The notes under the pieces: generated by a model
The model's database searches: none
What the model saw: only the letters and a program-made list of their open reading frames with translations
What the model was told of the DNA's origin: nothing
NCBI GenBank assembly: GCA_964563475.1
Contig: CAZLYM010000002.1
Location: 14,958 to 58,972 of the forward strand
Length of the DNA stretch: 44,015 nt
Direction of reading: 5' to 3'
Source: an uncultured Pirellulaceae bacterium
GTDB lineage: Bacteria > Planctomycetota > Planctomycetia > Pirellulales > Pirellulaceae
Part shown: positions 9,418-19,186 of the stretch, piece by piece
How the letters are laid out: every line of letters begins with the position of its first letter
How positions within the stretch are numbered: the first letter of the stretch is position 1
Position numbers and translations under genes: made by a program

Positions 9418-12342
9418 TCACTCAACATCTTCGTATTCTTCATCGTCCCCGTCTTCGTATTCATACTCCTCTTCGTCGTCCTCGACATCCTCGTACTCTC
9501 CGTCGTCTGCTTCGTATTCGACTTCGTACTCTTCATCCGAATCATCTTCGACATCTTCATACTCGTATTCATATTCGTCGTCCTCATCCTCGTCCTGATC
9601 GTCTTCCACCACTTCATCAGCCGGAGCAATACTGTTGGCGGCCATTTGTGTCGTACGCGTATCCGCCAGATTCTTCAACAAACGTGATTTGGGTGACGGC
9701 GGAGACAATTTTGGTGGCAACTCTGATTTGGTTTCTGCGGCTTCAGCGCCGTCATCGTCATCCTCTGCGAACTCCGACCCGTCTCCTCCCGTTCGAATGT
9801 TCTCCCATTGCTCAGGCGTCATCATGACTTCACGAGCCTTCGCGCCGTTGTATGGCCCAACGTAACCGTCCTCCGCCATGAAATCGATCAACCGTGCCGC
9901 ACGGCCGTAGCCAATGCCCATCGCCCGTTGCAACAACGAGCAACTTCCACGCTGCTCGTTGACCACGATCGTGACCGCTTCGGCGTACAAATCGTCGCGA
10001 TTCTCCAGCTTCTTCGGACCGGCATCCTCGCCTTCGTCGTCTGACTTGACCTTAATGTTCACCAGTTCGTGAACAAAATGCTGCTCGCCCGTGCTGACCG
10101 CGTCGGTCACACGATCGATTTCCGGATCGCTCAGGTACGTTCCCTGGCCTCGCAACAATGTGCTGGTTCCCGGCCACAGGAACAACATGTCGCCACATCC
10201 CAACAGTTTGTCAGCGCCACCCGCATCGAGCACAACGCGACTATCAGTTTTGGACGCCACTTGGAACGCGATCCGCGCCGGCAAGTTCGACTTGATCAAA
10301 CCGGTGATAACGTCGACGGTTGGTTTCTGCGTCGCAAGAATCAGGTGAATCCCAACCGCACGACTCTTCTGAGCCAAGCGGATAATGTGAGCCTCAACCT
10401 CTTTGCCGGCGGTCATCATCAAGTCCGCCATCTCGTCGGCAACGATCACGATAAATGGCAAGTTTCGTGGAATCGTCTGTCGCTCTTCATCCGTTTGCGG
10501 TTTCAGGCGATCCATCAACTCCTCTTCGCCCAACTGGTTGTAGCTGGTCACGTGACGCACGCCTGCTCTGGCCAACAGCGCGTAGCGTTCTTCCATTTTG
10601 TCGACCGCCCAAGCCAGAATGGCTTCCGCCTTCCGCATGTCCGTCACCACGGGGTGCATCAAGTGAGGCAATCGGGCGTAGCCGCTTAGCTCAACCATTT
10701 TCGGATCGATCATCAGCATGCGAACTTCGTTCGGGCGACGCGTCATCAAAATCGAGGAAATGATCGCATTGAGCGCCACAGATTTACCGGTGCCTGTACG
10801 ACCCGCGATCAGCAGGTGAGGCAACGCGGCCAAGTCCGCAACCATCGGGGCACCGACCGCATCCGCTCCCAGAAACAACGGAATCTTCATTTTCTTGATC
10901 TGCCGCTCCGATTGCTCCATCACCTCACGCAGGTGAACAATCTGCCGAGTCTCATTGGGTACCTCGACGCCGACCGAGTTCTTGCCCGGAATCGGCGCAA
11001 CGATTCGCACGCTCGGCACTCGCATCGCGATCGCCAGATCGTCCGACAACGCGGTGATTTTCTGCAGACGCAAACCGGGAGCCAATTCGATTTCATATTG
11101 CGAAATCACCGGCCCAGTCTCGATCTCGACCACTTTTACGTCGTACCCAAACTCCTTGCACGTCCGCTCCAGCACGTCTGCTTTTCGCAATGCTTCACGC
11201 TTCTGAGCTTCAAACGGGACTTCGTCCCCAGTCTCCAGTATGTTCAAACTAGGGAGGTCATAGTCGGCCATGTCTTCCGCGACTGCCGCCGCATTCAACT
11301 GACTGATAACCTGCTCTCGTTCAGTGGGAGGCTTAGGCTTCTTCGCGGGCATTTTGAAGTGAGGTTTCGGTACCGCATTTTCTGTTTCAACTTCAGCCTC
11401 CGTTTCGACCGGTGCCAAGGCTGGAGCCACTTGCTTGGTAGCTGATTTGATTTTCAAGGTCGTCGTTGGCCGGTCTTCGGCTTCGAACGATTCGTCGTCT
11501 ACTTCGTCGTCTTCGTATTCTTCATACTCTTCTTCGGAGTCCTCTTCTTCGGCATCCAATTCCGCGTCTTCACTGACTACCTCATCAGCCAGTTCGGCTG
11601 AACGTCGGCGGAACCGAATCGTACGAGGGACATCGCTCCGATCCTCCTCGTCTTCGTACTCGTATTCGTACTCTTCATCTTCGTCTGCTTCGGCATGGCC
11701 GGAGCCATTGAACCAAGTGACAAAGCCGTGCAACATACCAAACGGCAGTAGTGCCGTTGCGGCAACCATGGCAGGCGCAAACGCGACTCGCCCAGCTCGA
11801 AATACCAAGTACTCGGTCCACATCATCAGACCGGCCAGCAATACGGCGGTGCCGATCGTCAGGCTTCCCATCCAACCAAAATTGGCGGTCAACAGTCCTT
11901 TTCCAAGTGCCCCAAGGTATCCACCGGCGCCGATCAACGGACTGATTGTCCATGAAGGCAGCAGCATACTGGCCATCGTCGTCAGTCCGATCAGGCTGAA
12001 CGCCCAGCCAATCGTCTTCAACCACGGACTAGGCGTTGCCTCGCGCCGAAACATATTGACGACCATCGCGATCAAACCCAGCACCGAATAGTAGGCGCCG
12101 TAGCCAAGCGTGTGCAGCAACATGTCGGCCGTCCACGCTCCACAATATCCACAGGCATTGGTGACCGAATCGTTGGCCGGATACACCAACTGATCAGGCT
12201 GGTAGAGATCGGTCAGTAAAGTGGGAGCCGCAAACGCGGGATCGGCAGAATCGTAGGTACCCAACGCAGCGACCAGAAAGACGATCATCGCGAGTAGTCC
12301 AACCGCGACGATGTCGTTACGAATTTTGCGTTGATATGCCAT
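9418..12342 (-). CDS. ftsK: DNA translocase FtsK/SpoIIIE with long acidic linker and acidic C-terminal tail
   Basis: N-terminal TM domain, PHLLIAGRTGTGKS Walker A, IDPKMVEL, DEMADLMM, LATQKP, and gamma domain LLQRAMGIGYGRAARLID. ATG at 12342 (MAYQRK) is preferred over the ORF-track start. Confidence 0.95.
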   Translation of the reverse strand: MAYQRKIRNDIVAVGLLAMIVFLVAALGTYDSADPAFAAPTLLTDLYQPDQLVYPANDSVTNACGYCGAWTADMLLHTLGYGAYYSVLGLIAMVVNMFRREATPSPWLKTIGWAFSLIGLTTMASMLLPSWTISPLIGAGGYLGALGKGLLTANFGWMGSLTIGTAVLLAGLMMWTEYLVFRAGRVAFAPAMVAATALLPFGMLHGFVTWFNGSGHAEADEDEEYEYEYEDEEDRSDVPRTIRFRRRSAELADEVVSEDAELDAEEEDSEEEYEEYEDDEVDDESFEAEDRPTTTLKIKSATKQVAPALAPVETEAEVETENAVPKPHFKMPAKKPKPPTEREQVISQLNAAAVAEDMADYDLPSLNILETGDEVPFEAQKREALRKADVLERTCKEFGYDVKVVEIETGPVISQYEIELAPGLRLQKITALSDDLAIAMRVPSVRIVAPIPGKNSVGVEVPNETRQIVHLREVMEQSERQIKKMKIPLFLGADAVGAPMVADLAALPHLLIAGRTGTGKSVALNAIISSILMTRRPNEVRMLMIDPKMVELSGYARLPHLMHPVVTDMRKAEAILAWAVDKMEERYALLARAGVRHVTSYNQLGEEELMDRLKPQTDEERQTIPRNLPFIVIVADEMADLMMTAGKEVEAHIIRLAQKSRAVGIHLILATQKPTVDVITGLIKSNLPARIAFQVASKTDSRVVLDAGGADKLLGCGDMLFLWPGTSTLLRGQGTYLSDPEIDRVTDAVSTGEQHFVHELVNIKVKSDDEGEDAGPKKLENRDDLYAEAVTIVVNEQRGSCSLLQRAMGIGYGRAARLIDFMAEDGYVGPYNGAKAREVMMTPEQWENIRTGGDGSEFAEDDDDGAEAAETKSELPPKLSPPSPKSRLLKNLADTRTTQMAANSIAPADEVVEDDQDEDEDDEYEYEYEDVEDDSDEEYEVEYEADDGEYEDVEDDEEEYEYEDGDDEEYEDVE

Positions 12343-12798
12343 GACTGCCTGCGTTCCAGTAAGGACTTGCTGTTCAAGGAACGCCACGTACGTCCCTGAA
12401 AACTGGCCAGCATTCACCGAGCGGTGCTGACCTCCCCGCGCGCATCCATGCCGCAAAACGTTGGTATCCAACGAGCCTCCGACCAATCCATTGGCGCAGC
12501 GGCCCATTAATCGCATCGGGAGAATCGAGCCGATTCTTTCAGAGGACGCCGGAGGGCGTCGCAATCGAGCCAAAACGCATCAGGCGAACGACCGCGCCAA
12601 AACGGGCGTCGAGCAATCCGACACCCTCTTCGCCACCTATCTGCGGGGATCACTTTGGCGTTGGTTTACGGGTCGCGCGACCAAACTTCCAAGCCAAGCA
12701 AACGCTCACGCCAAGAATGAGCATTCGTCAAACGTCTGGCGACTCCTACAACCGTCAACGATAGCCAAGAAACCCAAACGGAAATAGAACACCAACGT

Positions 12799-13284
12799 CT
12801 ATGAGGCCAACGACTGTTGTTTCTCTTTGAGTTGTGGCAACTCCTCAATCGCAACCACCCAGCCTCGGCAATCGGTTTCTTGACACAGGCAAGGAATCGC
12901 ACACGACGCAGGCCAGTTGTAATCGATCGACAACGGCTCGTCCGGCTGAATATCGCGCAATGCAAAAAGAAACAAACCGGTTTTGGCGGGTTGTTCGTCC
13001 GTCTCTGGTTGTTCGCACAGTTCAAATTCGCAGTTAGGATTACAACTGTGATTAAGAAATCGAAACGGTGCGTCCGGCTCCAGCTGAAGTTCGTCATCGA
13101 AGTCGAAGGTGTACTCGTCACCCCCGCCCGAATGAAAAACCAGCTCGCCGGTGATTTCGCCAATCATGGCAGTCGCCGGATACCCGCGCACAGCGAAGAC
13201 TCCTTTTCCCATGTGCGTATCAAGCACTCGGACAAAATCAGGGGTAGCGTCAAATGGGTCGGTGTTCGTGTCGTAGAGCGTCAA
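12799..13284 (-). CDS. SET-domain protein-lysine methyltransferase with post-SET zinc motif
   Basis: GKGVFA, RFLNHSCNPN, ALRDIQPDEPLSIDY, and post-SET CLCQETDCRG. Confidence 0.92.
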   Translation of the reverse strand: MTLYDTNTDPFDATPDFVRVLDTHMGKGVFAVRGYPATAMIGEITGELVFHSGGGDEYTFDFDDELQLEPDAPFRFLNHSCNPNCEFELCEQPETDEQPAKTGLFLFALRDIQPDEPLSIDYNWPASCAIPCLCQETDCRGWVVAIEELPQLKEKQQSLAS

Positions 13285-13406
13285 AGGATTCAGAATTCGA
13301 TTTGGTGATGTTCGTTGTCAATGCTGCAAGCCTTGATATAGTAGATCACAATGTTTGATTTTGGACAGACGGCAGCCATTAACGTTCGCACAATCAGGAA
13401 CTCCAA

Positions 13407-14159
13407 GTGAACCCGTCATCCAATCAACGCTTCAAGTTTTTTCCGCAATTGAATGACCTCCCCAAAACTCACTGGCTGGGCTCGTCCAATACCTTACACC
13501 TGAAGCTGGCCGAAACCTATTTCAGTTCCGACAGCCTGCAGGACACGTTTGTAAAAGCAATCGCGACCGAGCGGTTGCTGCCTATCAAAGAGGTTCTGGA
13601 GACATTTGAGTTTTTTGCTCGCGTTCGCAAAGATACCAAAACTCGTTTCGTTGCAGATCTTTGCTGCGGGCATGGTCTGTTGGGAATTCTGTTTGCGATG
13701 TTTGAGCGGAAGGTCGACCGAGTCCGTTTGGTTGACAAAAAAGACCCTGAGAGCCGACAGAAGTTGCTGACCGTTGCGACACGTGTAGCACCTTGGATCG
13801 CTGCGAAGATTGAGCATGACACGTCCGCCATTGACGTGGACGATGATTGGATAGAACCCGGCTGCGCAATCGTCAGTGCTCATGCGTGCGGGATTCTGTC
13901 CGATCTATGTCTGGACATCGCGATTCGCAGCGGCGGGCCGGTGGCGATCCTTCCGTGCTGCTATCCGCGTTCGGCGTGTCGAGCCCCGTTGGCATTGCAA
14001 ACAGCCTTTGGATTGGAAGCGGCGTTCGATATCGACCGCACGTATCGACTTGAAGGGGCCAACTACCGAGTCCGCTGGGCAGAGCTTCCGCCTGAAATCA
14101 CACCCATGAACCGAGTCCTGTACGCTCAGCCTCGATCGCCGAGTAAAATAAATAGATAA
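13407..14159 (+). CDS. Putative SAM-dependent methyltransferase (Methyltransf_32-like)
   Basis: VADLCCGHGLLG, SAHACGILSD and ILPCCY motifs; GTG start after AGGAA. Confidence 0.8.
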   Translation: MNPSSNQRFKFFPQLNDLPKTHWLGSSNTLHLKLAETYFSSDSLQDTFVKAIATERLLPIKEVLETFEFFARVRKDTKTRFVADLCCGHGLLGILFAMFERKVDRVRLVDKKDPESRQKLLTVATRVAPWIAAKIEHDTSAIDVDDDWIEPGCAIVSAHACGILSDLCLDIAIRSGGPVAILPCCYPRSACRAPLALQTAFGLEAAFDIDRTYRLEGANYRVRWAELPPEITPMNRVLYAQPRSPSKINR

Positions 14160-14274
14160 ATTGATCCCGGATCGAGCCGCAGGGCAGGGCGGCGAGTTTA
14201 AAAAAACGCACAGCAGTCTGGGAACCACATCGCGGCGGCGGAGTGGCCTCGAAGCTCACAAGTTCAAACTTACG

Positions 14275-15753
14275 GTGGAGTTGATCATTAACGCACGACA
14301 TCTGATCTTTGTTGCATTGCTGGCCAGCACTAGCCTTTTCGCTTGTTTTTGCTCCACAGTGAATGCTCAGGACAAGCCGAACGTGCTGTTCATTTCAGTC
14401 GACGACATGAACTGCGACCTCGGCGTGTACGGCCATCCGTTGGTAAAAACACCCAATCTTGATCGGCTTTGCAAGATGGGCGTTCGATTTGATTCAGCGT
14501 ACTGCCAGCAACCGTTTTGTGGACCCAGTCGAGCCAGCATCATGACCGGTTTGCGACCCGATACGCTTGACATGCACACCTTAAAACATGAACTGCGGCA
14601 AAAGAATCCCGATGTTGTGACGCTGGGGCAGATGTTTCGCAACAACGACTACTTCGTTGCACGAGCAGGAAAAATTTACCACTACGGCAATCCCTTTTTC
14701 ATCGGAACCGATGGCAATGACGACCCGGAGTCGTGGGACGAACGCTACAACCCAATTGGGATCGATCGCTCACAGCAGCAGAACATCACGAAGTACGGAG
14801 TCGACAAACAGAACGATACGAGACTTGGCCAAAGCTTGTCATGGTGGGATCCTGAAAGTCGTGACGATGAACATACTGACGGAATGGTTGCTTCGAAGAT
14901 CGTCGAGCTGATAAAGCAAAAAAAGGACCAGCCTTTCTTCCTAGCTGCCGGTTTTTTTAATCCACACTGTCCCTATGTGGCTCCAAAAAAGTACTTTGAT
15001 CTCTATCCGATCGATCAGATCAAGATGCCGGACCTCGAGGAAGCCAAACGCGATCTTGAAGACGTTCCTGCAATGGCAATTCTGAAAGACAGCTCGCATT
15101 GGCCCTACCAGTTCAAAGGTGTCACTGTCGATGAAGTACGAAAGTGCAAACAGGCGTATTTCGCCACGATTTCGTTTGTGGATGCCCTAGTAGGGCGACT
15201 GCTGGATGAACTGGAAGCGAATGACCTGATGGACAATACGGTCATCGTGTTCTGGTCGGACCACGGCTACTTTTTGGGTGAAAAAGGATTGTGGTACAAA
15301 CGCAAAGCCTTCGAACGCTCCGCTCGTACGCCGCTGATCATTGCGGCGCCGGGTCTCACCAAAGGACAAAACACCACCAAGCTGGTTGAGTTGCTTGACC
15401 TATATCCCACCTTGGCTGATCTGTGCGGACTAGAGCCCCCAGAAGCCTTGCAAGGCCAATCGCTCCGCCCATTGCTGGCCGACCCATCTGATAACGATTG
15501 GAACAAACCCGCCTACACCCAGGTCTGGTACAACCCCAACGCGTGGGGGTATTCGATTCGTACGGAACGCTATCGTTACACCGAATGGCTTGAAGGCAAA
15601 GCAGGTCGCGAACTCTATGACCACTCGAACGACCCCGATGAAATCACAAATCTTGCCGATCAACCCGACCACGCGAAAACCGTGGCTCAACTATCGAGCC
15701 AGCTGAAAAAATACATTCAGCTAAAACCGCACAAGCGGCAGAAGAAAGAATAA
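14275..15753 (+). CDS. Exported formylglycine-dependent sulfatase (iduronate-2-sulfatase-like)
   Basis: Signal peptide ending VNA-QDKPNVLFISVDD, CGPSRASIMTG (CxPxR), GKIYH, GFFNPHCP and WSDHG. Start codon uncertain (GTG 14275 or TTG 14281). Confidence 0.92.
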   Translation: MELIINARHLIFVALLASTSLFACFCSTVNAQDKPNVLFISVDDMNCDLGVYGHPLVKTPNLDRLCKMGVRFDSAYCQQPFCGPSRASIMTGLRPDTLDMHTLKHELRQKNPDVVTLGQMFRNNDYFVARAGKIYHYGNPFFIGTDGNDDPESWDERYNPIGIDRSQQQNITKYGVDKQNDTRLGQSLSWWDPESRDDEHTDGMVASKIVELIKQKKDQPFFLAAGFFNPHCPYVAPKKYFDLYPIDQIKMPDLEEAKRDLEDVPAMAILKDSSHWPYQFKGVTVDEVRKCKQAYFATISFVDALVGRLLDELEANDLMDNTVIVFWSDHGYFLGEKGLWYKRKAFERSARTPLIIAAPGLTKGQNTTKLVELLDLYPTLADLCGLEPPEALQGQSLRPLLADPSDNDWNKPAYTQVWYNPNAWGYSIRTERYRYTEWLEGKAGRELYDHSNDPDEITNLADQPDHAKTVAQLSSQLKKYIQLKPHKRQKKE

Positions 15754-16008
15754 CCTTGAAGAAGATCGCGTGAACTTACCCTGACTCAAATAGTGGTTCA
15801 GGGAATTTAGCGATCCCTTCGAATACTCGCGCCATGAATTTAAAAACAGAACCTAAACCTTAGAATCTTGTTGCAGACTGGCCCCAGAGCTGTATCCTAT
15901 ACACGGGTAAACCACGGTCCACTTGGGAAATCGTTTGTGCATCAATCCGTGACAGGAATGCGACGTTCGCTCAAGTTTTCAGTTAACTATTAAAGAAGGA
16001 ACTCGACG

Positions 16009-16332
16009 ATGATCGTCACAAATACTGAAGGCATTGCAGGACATAATGTTGTCCAAATTCTTGGGCTTGTTCAAGGCAACACCGTACGGGCCAAGCATGC
16101 TGGCCGGGACATCGCAGCCGGATTGAAGAACCTAGTTGGTGGGGAACTGAAAGGTTACACAGAACTTCTCACAGAATCTCGTCGGCAGGCGATGGAGCGG
16201 ATGCTCGCTCAGGCTCAGCAACTCGGCGCAAACGCAGTTGTGAACGTCCGATTCACCACCAGTGCTGTGACTTCTGGAGCTGCTGAGCTTTACGCATACG
16301 GCACCGCTGTCGTTGCGGAACCCGGTGCTTAA
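16009..16332 (+). CDS. YbjQ/UPF0145 family (putative heavy-metal-binding) protein
   Basis: GRDIAAGLKNLVGGELKGYTELL...GANAVVNVRF...AYGTAV. Confidence 0.92.
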   Translation: MIVTNTEGIAGHNVVQILGLVQGNTVRAKHAGRDIAAGLKNLVGGELKGYTELLTESRRQAMERMLAQAQQLGANAVVNVRFTTSAVTSGAAELYAYGTAVVAEPGA

Positions 16333-16375
16333 GCTCGGCTGACTCTGTTTCGGTAACTCCTGTGGAGATAATTCT

Positions 16376-16855
16376 GTGGACCTTCTGATACCCATTTTGT
16401 TCTTTCTCGTACCGCTTGTGGTGTGCGGACTTATCATTGGTCGGACTGTGGAGAAACGGCACTTCCGTAACCTAGAGGAACGCGAAGCCGCGATCTCTGA
16501 TATGCTGGTAACGCAACTCAAAAGTTTTCCCAACGCGGCCACATCTGGCCAGCCACCGACTCTGATGCTGGCCGAAGCAGTGATTGGTTGCGACTATTTG
16601 AAAATGTTTTTTGGCAAATGGCGCAACTTTTTTGGTGGTGAAATAAAGTCATATCAAACTTTGCAAGAACGTGGAAAACGCGAGGTCATTCTTCGCTTGG
16701 CAGAAAAAGCCCAAGCCCAAGGCTACAATGCCATCTGCAACGTCCGAATATCACCTGCCGATGTTGGTGGAAACACAACGGCCAAAAAGAAACAAATGCC
16801 AATGGCCGCGGTTATCGCATCCGCTACCGCCTACGTTGCCAATCCGCAGACATGA
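16376..16855 (+). CDS. Membrane-anchored YbjQ-like protein
   Basis: N-terminal TM helix, then RNFFGGEIKSYQTLQERGKRE...GYNAICNVRI, the same fold motifs as the upstream gene. Confidence 0.8.
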   Translation: MDLLIPILFFLVPLVVCGLIIGRTVEKRHFRNLEEREAAISDMLVTQLKSFPNAATSGQPPTLMLAEAVIGCDYLKMFFGKWRNFFGGEIKSYQTLQERGKREVILRLAEKAQAQGYNAICNVRISPADVGGNTTAKKKQMPMAAVIASATAYVANPQT

Positions 16856-17673
16856 CCAACCCAAGGGACAAATCATTTGAAGATGAGTCACCCTATGCGG
16901 CGCCCAATTCGACGCCGCCGCAGCAGGATGACAGGATTAGCAATAATCCGTCGGTGTTCGATGAACCATGGATGAGGCCGGATGCACAGCCATTCCGGGG
17001 AGACGACGGACCGGTTGATGACACGCAGATCATTCCTGCTGAAGGAGACCCCGAGAATTCAGTATGGGACGAACCCGGTTTGTCCCGTGAGCTTGCGGGT
17101 CCCACGCCAAAAGACGCCGTTACGTGGCTGAACTGGTACTACAGCCAAGCGGCTCAAACAACGACGGCAACGACTTGGGGCGTGACGCTGGCTGTTGCCC
17201 TAGCCTCTGGAATCTTCGCCATCTTTGGAGCCCTCTTCCTGCAACTGGGAACCGCTAATCATGTAATCGCGGTGGTTATTGCGGCCCCCATCATCGAGGA
17301 GATCATGAAGATTGCACTGGTGGTCTGGGTTTGCGAGAAACGTCCTTGGCTCTTACGTTCGACAACCCAGATTCTGCTTTGTGGCCTAACTTCAGGACTC
17401 GTTTTTGCGGCGATTGAGAACGTATTCTATTTGAGTGTCGACACGGCAACTCCTGGCCTCGCAGCCTGGCGGTGGACAGTCTGCGTTTTACTACACGTCA
17501 CCTGCTCACTGATCGCATCAGTCGGTGTGGCGAAAATCTGGACTGAGTTTCAGCGACACGAAAGAATGCCGCAACTCTCCGATGGCGCGCCATGGTTTGT
17601 TGCGGCGATGCTACTTCACGGGTTTTACAATCTGACCGTAACGATCTTGGAATCGACCGGATTGTTGTTCTAA
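16852..17673 (+). CDS. PrsW-family intramembrane glutamic/metallo-protease
   Basis: APIIEEIMK, FAAIEN, LLHVTCS and LLHGFYN in a multi-TM protein; ATGA overlap with the previous gene. Confidence 0.85.
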   Translation: MTNPRDKSFEDESPYAAPNSTPPQQDDRISNNPSVFDEPWMRPDAQPFRGDDGPVDDTQIIPAEGDPENSVWDEPGLSRELAGPTPKDAVTWLNWYYSQAAQTTTATTWGVTLAVALASGIFAIFGALFLQLGTANHVIAVVIAAPIIEEIMKIALVVWVCEKRPWLLRSTTQILLCGLTSGLVFAAIENVFYLSVDTATPGLAAWRWTVCVLLHVTCSLIASVGVAKIWTEFQRHERMPQLSDGAPWFVAAMLLHGFYNLTVTILESTGLLF

Positions 17674-17732
17674 TCGAATCGCAAATACCATTGATTGCAG
17701 CCCCAGCCATCTCGCCGCTGAGGAGATTCACG

Positions 17733-17766
17733 AAAAAAACGCTCGGAACAAATGCTCCGAGCGTTT
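17733..17766 (-). terminator. Intrinsic terminator of the S10-spc operon (downstream of secY)
   Basis: aaaaaaacgctcgga-acaaatgc-tccgagcgttt; T7 tract follows the stem on the minus strand. Confidence 0.85.
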
Positions 17767-17821
17767 ATGAATTTTCAGCAGGCGTTTCGCCGAAGGCCTA
17801 TCGCCTTCATGCGAAGCGGGA

Positions 17822-19186
17822 CTACTCGAGCAAGCCCGAGTAATTTCGCATCACAAGGTGACTGTCGATTTTCTGGACCAAGTCAAAGGCAACACTAACC
17901 GCGATCAGCAGGCCGGTACCGCCGTAGAAACTGGCGACCATGTAATTGACGCCCAAAGTCTCTGAAATGATCGTCGGGACGATCGCGATCAAGGCCAAGA
18001 AACCAGCACCCACGTACGTGATTCGTGTGATAACTTTTTCCAAGTAGTCTTCCGTGCGACGGCCCGGACGGTAACCCGGAATGAACGTTCCCGCGTCTTT
18101 CATGTTGTCCGAAATCTCTTTCGGGTTGAACGTGATCGCTGTCCAGAAGTAGCAGAAGAAGTAGATCAATCCGATGTAGATCAAGTTGTAAACGATCGAT
18201 GTTGGCAATTGCAGAACATTTCCAACAGCCTCAATCATCCGACCAAACCAGTTATCATTGATCTTGGAACCCAACCAAGCCATAACGAACGGAGGGATCA
18301 TCAGCAAACTTTGAGCAAAGATGATCGGCATCACGCCCGCTTGGTTGACGCGAAGAGGCATGTACTGACGCGTTCCACCGTAAACCTTGCGGCCTCGAAC
18401 GTGCTTCGCACTTTGAGTCGGAATCCTTCGCTGTCCCAGCGTGATGAATACGACACCGACGACAACGCCAACGAACACCATCGCAAGAAGCAATAGTTTC
18501 TCTAGGCCAACGCCGCCCGCTCCAAAACCGGTCAGTTCAAACTCAGCATTGCTAAATAGATCAACCAAGGCACCTGGCATCATCGCGACGATACCCGCCA
18601 TGATCAACAAACTGATTCCGTTACCGATTCCATATTCATCAATCTGCTCACCAAGCCACATCAAAAAGACGCTGCCGCAAGTCATAATCATGATCGAGAT
18701 AAGCTGCCAGAAATAGGTCAACTGACCAGTATCGGGATTTTCGAATCTCGAGGCCGTCATGTCCTGAGCCATAATGTAGTACCAAAGGAATCCGGTACTC
18801 TGCACCAAGCACAACGCAACCGTCAGATACCGCGTGTACTCGGTAATCTTTTTACGGCCGGCTTCCCCCTCTTTGCGCAACGCATCAAGCGGTTCGTAGG
18901 CGTAGCCAAGTAGCTGAAGAATAATCGAAGCCGAGATATAGGGCATGATTCCCAGCCCGAAGATCGTCGCCTGATTCAACTGGCTGCCGCTGAATACGGA
19001 AACCTTTGACAAGAACTTCGCAATGTTGCCGCTCATATTTTGAGCGAACTCGGACATCAACTGCTGGTCGACAACCGGAAGCGCAATCTGGTAGCCGATT
19101 CGGTAGACGGCCAAGAGAAACAGCGTCAACCAAATCTTTCGACGCAGTTCCGGGATCGCAAAGCAGGCTCGAATTTTTTCTAACAT
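17822..19186 (-). CDS. secY: Preprotein translocase subunit SecY
   Basis: IFGLGIMPYISASII, GIGNGISLLI, AGVMPIIFA, FIPGYRPG and GGTGLLIAV. Confidence 0.98.
   Translation of the reverse strand: MLEKIRACFAIPELRRKIWLTLFLLAVYRIGYQIALPVVDQQLMSEFAQNMSGNIAKFLSKVSVFSGSQLNQATIFGLGIMPYISASIILQLLGYAYEPLDALRKEGEAGRKKITEYTRYLTVALCLVQSTGFLWYYIMAQDMTASRFENPDTGQLTYFWQLISIMIMTCGSVFLMWLGEQIDEYGIGNGISLLIMAGIVAMMPGALVDLFSNAEFELTGFGAGGVGLEKLLLLAMVFVGVVVGVVFITLGQRRIPTQSAKHVRGRKVYGGTRQYMPLRVNQAGVMPIIFAQSLLMIPPFVMAWLGSKINDNWFGRMIEAVGNVLQLPTSIVYNLIYIGLIYFFCYFWTAITFNPKEISDNMKDAGTFIPGYRPGRRTEDYLEKVITRITYVGAGFLALIAIVPTIISETLGVNYMVASFYGGTGLLIAVSVAFDLVQKIDSHLVMRNYSGLLE

Noticed and set aside
9383-9598. Ser/Tyr-rich ORF (SSYSSSS...) and the similar ORF at 11435..12091
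   Set aside because: Antisense reading of the acidic FtsK tracts.
12343-12573. N-terminal extensions in the ORF track for ftsK (likewise gap, the TPR gene, the LysR gene, the sulfatase, rpsH and rplF)
   Set aside because: Downstream starts match the family N-termini or RBS positions better.
17674-17821. Operon ends after secY with no adk/map/infA/rpsM, and no fusA/tuf before rpsJ
   Set aside because: Breaks at these junctions are common rearrangements.
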